Source of the DNA: Octopus sinensis
Taxonomy: Eukaryota
Length of the DNA stretch: 21,514 nucleotides
Direction: 5' to 3'
Assembly (NCBI RefSeq): GCF_006345805.1
Contig: NW_021823705.1
Coordinates: forward strand, 1 to 21,514
A program made the translations under genes and the position numbers. Every line of letters starts with the position of its first letter. Within the stretch, counting starts at the first letter, position 1. Below the pieces are notes generated by a model. The model was not told the DNA's origin and ran no database searches. It saw only the letters and a program-made list of their open reading frames with translations. Shown piece by piece: positions 1 through 10,332 of this stretch.

Positions 1-259
1 CTTAATGATTGAGATTTATGAGATCCAATGCAAATACACCGTGAAGCGAACCAGTATCCCAGATGTTGCTCTGTTGAAGTCATAGCAACGGGAAGAACAC
101 CTTAAATTGCATCATTAGTTGTTAGAACATATGTAGAAATTGATTCTGCCCTGTTTGTTTTTTGTTTCATGTTTTCGTTTTCAACGCTTTACGTTTCTTT
201 GTTTTTTGAAGTATTATCGTTTACACTCCATCTGCCCTTACCGCATTATTCATTCTCTA

Positions 260-1186
260 AGTATGTACGTATGTATGTATGTATGTATGTATGTATTATG
301 TGTGCATGTATGTATGTATATGTATGCATGTATGTATGCATGTATGTACGTACGTATGTATGTATGTGTGTATGTATGTGTGTATGTATGTGTGTATGTA
401 TGTATGTATGACTGTATGTATGTATGTGTGTGTATGCATGTATGTATGTATGTGTGTATGTATGTATGTATGTATATATGTATGTATGTATGTACGTATG
501 TATGTATGTATGTATGTATGTATGTCTGTGTGAATGTATGCATACATGTATGTATGTATGTATGTATGTGTGTATGTATGAATGAATGTATGAATGTATG
601 TATGTATGTACGTATGTATGTATGTATGTGTGTGTGTATATGTATGTATGTGTGTATGTGTGTATGTATGTGGGTATGTATGTATGCGCGTATGTGTGTA
701 TGTCTGTATGTACATATGTATGTGTGCATGTATGTATGTATATGTATGCATGTATGTATGCATGCATGTGTGTATGTATGTATGCATGTATGTATGTATG
801 TATGTATGTATGTATGTGTGTATGTATGGATGTATGCGCGTATGGGTGTATGTCTGTATGTACATATGTATGTGTGAATGTATGTATGTATATGTATGCA
901 TGTATGTATGCATGTATGTGTGTATGTATGTATGCATGTATGTATGTACATATGTATGTATGCATGTATGTATGTGTGTATTTATGTATGTAGATATGTA
1001 TGTATGCATGTATGTACATAGGTATGTATGTATGCATATATATGTGCGTATGTATGTATCCATGTATGTATTATGTATGTATGTATGTGCGTATATATGT
1101 ATGTATGCATGTATGTATGCATGTATGTATGTGTGTATGTACGTATGCATGTATGTATGTATGTGTGTATGTATATATGTACGTAT
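260..1186. repeat. (ATGT)n/(TG)n compound microsatellite, ~930 bp
   Basis: Directly visible TATG/TGTG units; explains all M/Y/V/C- and H/T/Y/I-rich ORFs at 140-1333. Confidence 0.97.
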
Positions 1187-1493
1187 GAATTTTTAACTTC
1201 TTGCGTAGGGCGAGCCCACAGCAATATCATATCTTCTCCACTATTTCAGTATTACGTGTTAAAAGTGAAACAAAAACATCTCTCTGTTGTAATGTCATAT
1301 GCTTTCACTTTAATAATGAAAGTAATAAACTGAAACTATTATATAACAGATTGGACCATTCACAGTGGACATCCATTTTGCTAGAAGATCCGCTATGGTC
1401 TTATATGCTACACCACTGGTTTTCAATTCATATCAATCAAATTAATATTCAAATTTTCACCCTTATTATGTTAAATTTAAATTTGCATGTGTA

Positions 1494-1664
1494 TAGATAT
1501 AGATAGATAGATAGATAGATATAGATAAATAGATAGATAGATAGATATAGATAAATAGATAGACAGATATAGATAAATAGATAGATAGTGAACGACAGAT
1601 ACTGAGACAGACTGACATGTAGGTAGGCAGGCAGACGGACAAATAGACAGATAGATAGACAGAT

Positions 1665-1749
<85 letters not shown>

Positions 1750-1798
1750 GACAGAGAGGCACATAGACAGACAGGCAGACAGAAAGATAGATACATAG

Positions 1799-1844
<46 letters not shown>

Positions 1845-1845
1845 G

Positions 1846-1879
<34 letters not shown>

Positions 1880-1880
1880 T

Positions 1881-1977
<97 letters not shown>
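1494..1977. repeat. (GATA)n/(GACA)n microsatellite
   Basis: Direct tetranucleotide repeats; a degenerate GGTA/GATA continuation runs to ~2190. Confidence 0.97.
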
Positions 1978-2581
1978 CGAAGAAGAAGAACTGAGTTTTG
2001 GAGAAAGTTATAGAGAGGGTATTTTGATTGGGCAATAAGTTAAATCGTGTACGTAGAAAAGATTGATAGAGAAAGCAGGTAAATATATTCTAGAAAGATA
2101 GGCTGGCCGGTAGATAAGATAGGTAGGTATGTAGGTTGGTAGATAATTTATGTAGGTATGTAGGATGGTTGTAGGTAAATATGTAGGTTCGTACTGACGG
2201 TCTAGGGGAGGGTGCTGGATTGCAGATATGAAGCGAACATAACATACATGCAGAAAATGAGCTGTCATATCAAAAACACTAAGTTTTGACAAGGTTACAA
2301 GTCCACGATTTGATGCGTGGAACAATGTGACTTTGTTTTAAAAACATTGTCCATTTGAAAGTCTTTGATCTTAACAAGGTAAGCAACACCTGCTGGAATT
2401 GACAATTTACAAGATTGGATGAAGCTTTGAAGTGATACAAGATATTCGGACACGGTCACATCGTTTACGTACACATGTACAATTTGTTTTCACTGAAAAT
2501 GTCGACAGAATTAAAACTACAAGTCGAAAGTGGTACATACATACATTCATCCATACATATATATGTGTGTGCGTGTGTAGA

Positions 2582-2950
<369 letters not shown>

Positions 2951-3157
2951 TACACATGTATGTGTGTATCTTTGTGTGTATATGTGTATTTACATATAAC
3001 TCTTACTAGTTTTAGGTTGAAACTTTCAGCTCGAAAGCTGCAGTTATGATGGTGCACCGCTGTTTGCTATCTGTGTGTGTGCCTGTATCTGTGTGTACCT
3101 GTGTCGAGAAACTCAGAGTAACAGATTTTGTTGAATTTTCTGCTGCTTTAAATAAAG

Positions 3158-3410
<253 letters not shown>

Positions 3411-3416
3411 ATAGAG

Positions 3417-3617
3417 CAGTGCTTTTCAAACTTTTTACTGGAGCGGAACCCCAAGGAAACATTCCACTAGCTCGAGGAACCCTTGTGCAATAATTTAATA
3501 GTCTTATGCACACATATCTGCACAGGAGACTTAAAAATTACTACCGATTTTAGCAGTTTTGTAACTTCTTGAGGAACCCCTGGACTGTACTGGCGGAACC
3601 CTGGTTGAAAACCACTG
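3417..3617. mobile_element. Non-autonomous hAT (Charlie-like) MITE, 201 bp
   Basis: TIRs CAGTGCTTTTCAA (3417-3429) and TTGAAAACCACTG (3605-3617), 12/13 match; perfect 8-bp TSD ATATAGAG (3409-3416, 3618-3625); four internal GGAACCC motifs. Confidence 0.88.
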
Positions 3618-4275
3618 ATATAGAGAGACAAAAATAGAGATATAAATTTAGAATTACACGCACGCTCACACACACGCACGTACACACAAACACACACAGA
3701 TCTTTATCTCTAAGTGTACTCATGTACACACATATATAGGTGGCTGAAAGGTGGCTCTCCGTTAATTTCCACGTTGGAAATTCACTTCGTACCTCAACGG
3801 AATTCATTACCTCCGCCAAGGACGTTTTTCCGTCTCTCTGTGTGCAAAATAACTCAAAATGTTGGGAACGGTATTTGATGAAACTTTCAGGAAAAGTTGG
3901 TAATAACACAAAGAACAAATGATGAAAATTTGGTAGTGATCCGGGAATTTATATGGATTCCTGAAGGATTTTTCATTTGTTATATTTACCTTACGTGAAG
4001 AATTACAATGTTGCGTTCTTTGATTATCTCCCTTTTTCTTTATTGTATTACTGTATTGTTTGGCACCGTGTATTAGAAGTCTGCGGGTTTGAATTACTGA
4101 ATTCGTGGTTTAATCCATTGAATTTACATCTATACAGATTTCGTCTACCTAACTACAGTAAGAGAATCTTGGCTGCTTCTCCTCTAAGCTCTGAAAATTG
4201 ACATTTCCCTCTCAGTGGTATTGTAATAAAAGCACTCGCAGTTGGAAAGCGAACGTCTTAAAAGTTCGTCCGTCT

Positions 4276-4613
4276 GAGACCCACTTCGGTCACGACACAG
4301 ACCATGGGATTGCACCTAGAAAGTTACCCTCCCAGGCATATTTCCGGGCAAGGTTGTTTATGGAAGACCAGCAGTCGCCCATGCATACCGGCCTCCCCTC
4401 TCCACGCCACCAGTGTTATCCAAGGGAAAGGCAAAGGGGCCGAAACAGCTTGGCACCTGTGACGTCGCAATTCATTTCTACAGCTGAGTGAACTGGAGCA
4501 AAGTGAAATAAAGTGTCTTCCTCAAGAACACAACACGCAGCCCGGTCCGGGATTCGAGCTCACAACCTCACGATCGTAAGCTCGACGCTCTAACCACTGA
4601 GCCATGCGCCTTC
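4276..4613 (-). mobile_element. tRNA-headed CORE-type SINE, tail variant 1
   Basis: Reverse strand reads GAAGGCGCATGGCTCAGTGGTTAGAGCG (A box), CTCGAATCCC (B box), then TTGTGTTCTTGAGGAAGACACTTTATTTCAC...CACTCAGCTG, shared with the copies at 4996-5260 and 19693-19950, then a distinct tail. Confidence 0.8.
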
Positions 4614-4741
4614 ACATGTTCGTCTTTAAACCATCAATATATAAACATACACGCGTAAAGGACGACACAAAACACGAACACACGGCCATACATACACACA
4701 AACGCATGCACATACATACATACATACATACACACCCACCC

Positions 4742-4779
<38 letters not shown>

Positions 4780-4995
4780 ATTGTAAATTTGTTTATGGGT
4801 AACGTTTATAATATGCACATAAAGCTCCTATTCCATTCTGCCGGCCACAGTCCAATGATGCTGATTGGTGAACCAGTTTTTCAGTGTTGCATCAAGCTGT
4901 ACCGATATAATGTGCTATAAATATGATAATAATGACAATAATCATTGGATGTGTGTGTACGTGTATGTGTGTGTATGTGTGTGTGTGTGTACTTT

Positions 4996-5260
4996 ATTAA
5001 TAAATAAATAAATGCGCCCTTTTAAAGCCCAGCCAGGCTCACGGGGCCCGGTTTCCCGATTTCTATGGCGTATGTGTTCCCCAGCTTGACAGGACGCCAG
5101 TCCATCGCAGCGTTACTCATTTTTGCCAGCTGAGTGTAGTGGAGCAACGTGAAATGAAGTGTTTTGCTCAAGAACACAACGTGTCGCCCGGTCCAGGAAT
5201 CGAAACCACAATTTTACGATCATGATGCTGACACCCTAACCACTAAGCCACGCACCTCCA
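4996..5260 (-). mobile_element. tRNA-headed CORE-type SINE with V-domain-like segment, full length
   Basis: Reverse complement of the copy at 19693-19950; A/B boxes; CTGCGATGGACTGGCGTCCTGTC resembles the V-SINE domain as recalled; (TTTA)n tail. Confidence 0.85.
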
Positions 5261-5647
5261 CTGTGTACTTTATTATAGCTGCAAAATTTTCACAATGCTG
5301 TTACTCAGTGTTTCATGTTCCCGTTCGTCGAACAGCTGTGGCAGATTTTTCGGGTGCCATGGTACGGAATACCAATTTCTTTATTGCCTGCCGGGGCCAA
5401 ACATAAAAATGGACAGAACAACTGATGGGATCAGTGAAGCGATATGATTTTACATATAATGTGACTTTAAAAATTTAAATACAACATATAAAAATCGAAT
5501 GGAATTAACAATACAAAAACAAATGAAGCGACGATCAGGCCACGTTCCGACCCCACAAGCCCTGATCTACCGCTGGTACCTTTGTTTTCTTTTTTTTCTG
5601 TCTATTCACAAGGTTCCTTGCACGCACGTACCTTGCGGTACTTTTCC

Positions 5648-6248
5648 GGCGAGCTGGCAGAAACGTTAGCACGCCGGGCGAAATGCTTAGCGGTATTTCG
5701 TCTGCGTTACGTTGTGAGTTCAAATTCCGCCGAGGTCGACTTTGCTTTTCATCCTTTCGGGGTCGATAAATTAAGTACCAGTTACGCACTGGGGTCGATG
5801 TAATCGACTTAATACCTATGTCTGTCCTTGTTTGTCCCCTCTGTGTTTAGCCCCTTGTGGGTAGTAAAGAGATAGGTATTTCGTCTGTCGTTACGTTCTG
5901 AGTTCAAATTCCGCCGAGGTCGACTTTGCCTTTCATCCTTTCGGGGTCGATAAATTAGTACCAGTAACGCACTGGGGTCGATGTAATCGACTTAATACCT
6001 ATGTCTGTCCTTGTTTGTCCCCTCTGTGTTTAGCCCCTTGTGGGTATAAAGAGATAGGTTTCGTCGTCTGTCGTTACGTTGTGAGTTCAAATTCCTCCGA
6101 GGTCGACTTTGCCTTTCATCCTTTCGGGGTCGATAAATTAAGTACCAGTAACGCACTGGGGTCGATGTAATCGACTTAATACCTATGTCTGTCCTTGTTT
6201 GTCCCCTCTGTGTTTAGCCCCTTGTGGGTAGTAAAGAGATAGGTATTT
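5648..6248 (+). mobile_element. tRNA-headed SINE (Meta/MESC-like core): one head plus three tandem ~183-bp bodies
   Basis: Head GGCGAGCTGGCAGAAACGTTAGCAC at 5648; bodies start at 5692, 5875 and 6057; flanked by GGTA(C/T)TTTTCCGGC (5637-5650, 6242-6255). The family name rests on recalled similarity of GTCGACTTTGCCTTTCATCCTTTCGGGGTCGATAAATTAAGTACCAG to the MetaSINE core. Confidence 0.85.
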
Positions 6249-6614
6249 TTCCGGCTCCTTACTCTTTATACTTTTAAATCAAACCTTTGTACATTTTTTG
6301 CTGTTTTTTCTTTTTGCCGTTGAGAAAATAATTTAGCGATTCTGAGCCATAGATTACAAGAACTATTAGAACCGAAGATAAATATATCTTGCAAAATATT
6401 TTCCCCAGTTTTCTCACGGCTCCGATTGCAGCGACACTGTGCATAACTCTGTAGTCGCTGCCGTTTTCTTCGGTATAGAGAATTTGCATGTGCCACTGGC
6501 AAACTTCGTTACAAGTGATGCACGTTCCACAGTTTGACATGGAAGTTTGACAACCGGTTTTGGTCTGTTTACATCCCCATTACTTAGAGATTCGGCCAAA
6601 AGAGTACGATATAA

Positions 6615-6702
6615 GTCCCCAAAGTCCATCACCTCCTCACTGTGGTGGGGACGCTGGCAACGGGTAGGGTTCCTGGTAGGGCCACCCAAGGCGGATTGGT
6701 CT
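6615..6702 (+). ncRNA. Putative HDV-like self-cleaving ribozyme, possibly degenerate
   Basis: Manual fold: P1 GTCCCCA (6615-21)/TGGGGAC (6646-52), 7 of 7; L3-like TCCTCACT; P4 GGGT/ACCC; J4/2 GGCGGAT with candidate catalytic C6692; P2 AGTCCA (6623-28)/TGGTCT (6697-6702), 5 of 6. P1.1 is imperfect. Confidence 0.45.
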
Positions 6703-6976
6703 GACACCGAGTGGTATTAGGGCCACAACCTGGCAGACGGGGCACTGGTGAAAATCCTCGGAGTGTCTGCTTCGGCAACCGGCGGCTCCTCTGTCGTTCT
6801 GTCCCTGCGTCTGCTGACAATCTGCGGCAAACAGGATGTCTCTACATTCGGGATTGTTGGGGACCGCTTGTGAAATCCACATATTCCCACGAAACTTCTT
6901 CCATGAGTAGAAGAAGCCGACTCAACCCGCCCAGGGTGAATGTCGCCACAAGTAAGTAAGTAAGTAAGTAAGTAAG
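6615..6976 (+). mobile_element. Short non-autonomous RTE-LINE-derived element (5' UTR-like part plus 3' end with (AAGT)n tail)
   Basis: GC-rich block ending in (AAGT)n at 6950-6976. CCTGGTAGGGCCACCCAAGGCGGA...CTGACA...CACTGG resembles recalled RTE/BovB/Expander 5' UTR sequence. Imperfect TSD GATATAAGT (6608-6616) versus GATAGAATAAGT (6976-6987). Confidence 0.65.
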
Positions 6977-7356
6977 ATAGAATAAGTAACCGGCTTTGTT
7001 CGACTTAAATCCTTCAAGACAATGCTAATGTTCCCAGCGTGGCTGCAGTCCAATGACTGACATATGCAAAAGATATTTTATTGATGGCTATATAAATCAG
7101 TAAGAAATTACAACATAAACACGAACAACTTGGCTAAATGTTTATTAAAATGAAATGTTTGCTTCCTTTGTATCTTCATCTTGTTTTTATTTTATCATTT
7201 GTAATGTATGTATCAGTTATTTGCCTCCTAAAATTAAAGAAAGAACAGAAAAATAAATCTTTGCGAAAAGGGTTAAAAAATATAAGTTGACAAGAATGAC
7301 AATAACAAGCAAGTTCTGAACTATAATATAGACACACAAAGATGTTTTATGTATGA

Positions 7357-7743
7357 CTAGCAGTATCGCCCGGCGTTGCTCGGGTTTGTAAGGGAAATAA
7401 CTATAAAGCATTTTTAGAGAGTTATAGCCCAAAAAATAGCAAAAAAATGGGGAAAAAAATTATGGTAAATTTTTTTTTGAGAGTTAAAAAGGTCGAGTTG
7501 CGTCCCCTAGACAGTCTGTGGTTTGTGTTTCTGATTCTCGACCCCATGTCGAATTTATCGATCATTTTCAGAACTGGGGGAACTTTTCAAAATTTTCGCT
7601 GCGTTAGTTTTGAATTATGACATTGGGCTATGTGTGTGTCAAGTTTCATCAGAATCGGTTGAAAGCCGTGGTCAGGGTGAGGGTACAACCAAACAGACAC
7701 ACAGAAACACGCACAGACAAACTGCCGTTTATATAGAGAGAGA
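7357..7743 (-). mobile_element. Non-autonomous Helitron (Lep1-like)
   Basis: On the minus strand: 5' TC, 3' CTAG, inserted between A and T, subterminal hairpin CCCGAGCAACGCCGGG (7369-7384), ACAG microsatellite near the 5' end. Confidence 0.82.
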
Positions 7744-7750
7744 TTTATAC

Positions 7751-8036
7751 GCTTAGTGGTTACAGCAGCGGACTCGCGGTCGAGGGATCGCGGGTTCGAA
7801 CCTCAGACCGGGCAATGTGTGTGTTTATGCGCGAAACACCTAAGCTCAACGCGGCTCCGGCAGAAGGTAATGGCGAAACTTCTGCTGACTCTTTCGCCAC
7901 AACTTTCTCTCACTTTTTCCTCCTGCATTTTGCAGCTCATCTGCGACGGACCGGCGTCCCCTCAAGGTGGGGAACCTATACGCCAAGGAAACAGGGAAAC
8001 CGGCCCTTATGAGCCAGGCGTGACTCGAGAAGGAAC
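7751..8036 (+). mobile_element. tRNA-headed SINE, mosaic type
   Basis: 5' half matches 20979-21283 (GCAGCGGACTCGCGGTC...GCGAAACACCTAAGCTC...GGCTCCGGCAG); 3' half matches the tail of 19693-19950 (CTGCGACGGACCGGCGTCCC...GGGAAACCGGCCC...TGAGCC). Confidence 0.78.
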
Positions 8037-8378
8037 AGACATACAAATATACATCTATATGTATATACAATTTACACAAGCTTTTTCAGCCGTTTCTATG
8101 CAGAAGTTTAATAAACATGTACGCTTCTAAAAAGCATTGAGAAATTCTTTGGTTTAATATGAAACAGATTGCATGTATAATCTGAAAAACAATAACCCTT
8201 AATGTTTGTATATGTATGTATGTGCTGGGGAGCACAAACAGTGTAAACAAATCATATGTGCAGCTTCTTTAGCAAGACATTGCAGAATTCTCACCTGTCG
8301 CCTCCGACAGGTGAGACAACGATATAGCCTTTACACACATATGTGTGTGTGTGTGTGCGTGTATTGTATTTGATTATT

Positions 8379-8416
<38 letters not shown>

Positions 8417-8647
8417 GCATTATATATTTATACACATATATATACAAAACCTGGGGCATCTTTTCTCCTTTTGAAACCCAGTCCACACTAATCGACTGTC
8501 TATAATTGAAACCCCTTGTTGCAATGTATTTGAGGGCTGACAAAAGTCTGCTTCTAATATTCCTACGTATGTTTCCATGATTAGGACGATGTTCTGACAA
8601 AATCGTTAGAACGCCGCACACAATAAATGACATTTCTTGAGGTTTTA

Positions 8648-8805
8648 GCTTCTACGTTCAAATTCCACCGGGATCAAATTTGCCTTATACCCTTCCGAGG
8701 TCAATAAGATTGGTTGAACACTGGCTGAGCACTGGTGTAGATGTAATCCACTAGACCCCCACCCTTATTATTTCAAGCATTTTGCTTGTAGTAGAAAGAA
8801 TTGTT
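8648..8805 (+). mobile_element. Old degenerate copy of the Meta-like SINE
   Basis: GTTCAAATTCCACCGGGATCAAATTTGCCTTATACCCTTCCGAGGTCAATAAG aligns by eye to the 5692-5874 unit. Confidence 0.6.
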
Positions 8806-8959
8806 ATTTTTTTTTTAGCCCACATTTACATTCTAAGTTGCTGTCATTGCAGAATTTTGTCATCTACAGAGTATTTGGTTATTTCTTGATATATTTATAT
8901 CGGCAATAGAGCCTGTGAGAGTATTGCTTTTGTCATTAACCGAATCCAAGTAAAAATAT

Positions 8960-9256
8960 TTACGGAGATGTACTTGCATAGCAAGTGACCTGATCTGAAA
9001 TCGTGTGCAGGAACGGAAACAATTGCAGTGTGGAAGGTGTTTATAAGCCATTTAGGAAACACACAAAATCCGTTAGATTCACATCAACATTTAAATTTAA
9101 TTTGCCAAATTAGATGCAGCACGGAATGTTGTCAGTGGACAGGTCGCGGTTTCAAAGCGACGAAAATATTTTGGCAAATTAAATTTAAATGTTGAAGTAA
9201 ATCTAACGGTTTTTGCGTGTTTCTTAAATGGCTTATAAACACCTTCCACACTGCAA
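8960..9256. mobile_element. Penelope-like inverted pseudo-LTR pair, copy 1
   Basis: 87-bp inverted arms at 9023-9109 and 9170-9256, plus a one-sided ~60-bp extension (8960-9019); same family as 12443-12796 in the opposite orientation; contains a hammerhead-like fold. Confidence 0.7.
9129..9177 (+). ncRNA. Minimal type I hammerhead-like motif, degenerate core GTGGACA
   Basis: Stem I TTGTCA/TGGCAA, stem II GTCGC/GCGAC, GAAA, palindromic AATATT stem III. Confidence 0.5.
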
Positions 9257-9260
9257 GAAG

Positions 9261-9377
9261 AAGTCACAGGTAAAAAAAATGTCACAGTAATAAAGTCACA
9301 GGGTTTGTCCTGATCCTATAAATTAATTTTGACTTTATTACTATGACTTTTTTCCTGTGACTTTATTAACCGTCACC
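9261..9377. repeat. Inverted-repeat fragment built of GTCACA/TGTGAC motifs (MITE remnant)
   Basis: AAGTCACAGG...GTCACAGTAATAAAGTCA versus TGACTTTATTACTATGAC...CCTGTGACTT. Confidence 0.5.
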
Positions 9378-10039
9378 CATCAATCAACGAGAAATGCCCA
9401 AAATATTTGAGTGGGTTACTCCATTAAGAATTAAGAATTCCTTTGAAAATGCACCGTTGCATATCACAATTCTTTACTTTTATTTTTAAAGAAAAGGGAA
9501 ACATACTGTCAACTTTGGATAACGTTGTTTACAACGTACAGTTCCTTAATAATTTTATGGAAATTTTCCGCTAAATCTATACATATATCACATCTCGTTT
9601 GATTGGTTGACTTACTGCTTCATCACTCAATGAAAATGCTACGAAGCTATCCGTGACAGCTTCTACCTCTGCCATGACATAACCTGTGCAGAGTGTCACT
9701 TAAGTAAGATGTTTCTTATAACAAGGTTGGGCAAGTTGCCGCTGTGAGAATTAGCTTCTGCTGACGTTGAGTATTTGCGATTTCAGAGAGGAGGGCAATA
9801 TGTGGCATCTGCTCTAGCTTCTCTTTAGTGGGAGCTCAGCACTTGTGAGGGATCCTTTGGTTAGAAAGCTCCAAGTGCCGATGCAGTTGACGCGGTCAAT
9901 ACTGTACGGAAATCTCAGTCTACAATTTATTTCTAATGAAGAGAAGCTTCCCTCAACGTAATTCAGAGCAATCGTGCGTCAACGAAAAGAACGCGTAATA
10001 TTTGTCTGTCATATGACAAACAGCAGCGTAAATTCTTCA

Positions 10040-10215
10040 AATATATTCACCTATATATGTACAGAATTCAACGAAGCTCCACATAACAACAGTCAGATGG
10101 CCTTGCTATGGGTGGAGTACCTTCGTTCATTTGTCTTAGACATTACCTGGGTCTCTACAACAAAGGCAGCATTCAACAGGAATGACGGGTCCATGTGGAA
10201 AACGCTACACAGTTG
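10040..10215 (+). pseudogene. Decayed Penelope-like reverse transcriptase fragment
   Basis: QQSDGLAMGG at 10087-10116 matches the PLE RT motif QxxGxAMG(S/G)P; preceded in a shifted frame by EFNE; followed by frameshifted W-K-R-Y (10196-10208) at the W.RYVDD position. Stops and frameshifts present. Confidence 0.5.
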
Positions 10216-10332
10216 CATTGTATGCTAGAAATAGAAACTAATTAGTTCTACATAATATCGGTTTCCTCTCTCAAGTACAATACTATGGCGTGTTATTTTA
10301 GGTTAGAATATGCATATATATATATATATAAA

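Larger units (their letters stand above)
6545..7070 (+). mobile_element. Degenerate SINE 3' half, split by an RTE-derived insertion
   Basis: 6545-6616 and 6977-7070 match the recalled 3' half of an abundant Octopus SINE; 6577-6616 resembles the reverse complement of ~10825-10866. Confidence 0.55.

Noticed and set aside
2298-2489. 64-codon stop-free minus frame ([25 protein letters not shown]...) after a TTTTCAG acceptor-like site
   Set aside because: The acceptor is followed directly by an in-frame TGA, no family is recognised, and this length can arise by chance; needs RNA-seq.
5692-6241. 183-bp tandem units as a retrozyme (tandem hammerhead) or CRISPR-like array
   Set aside because: No hammerhead core found on either strand and no unique spacers; the units are SINE bodies.
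6274-6540. 88-aa ORF containing KLGKIFCKIYLSS, reminiscent of a GPCR TM3 start
   Set aside because: No DRY-like motif, no further helices and no convincing splice sites; probably chance.
8331-8633. 100-aa minus ORF with a protein-like first half
   Set aside because: Runs into a TA microsatellite, weak splice signals, no recognisable motif.
10147-10224. 78-bp minus-strand exon candidate (HTMQLCSVFHMDPSFLLNAAFVVETQ) with TTTCTAG acceptor and CAG|GTAATG donor
   Set aside because: Overlaps the plus-strand Penelope-like RT remnant, which explains the sequence more simply; no partner exons identified. Not fully excluded without spliced reads.
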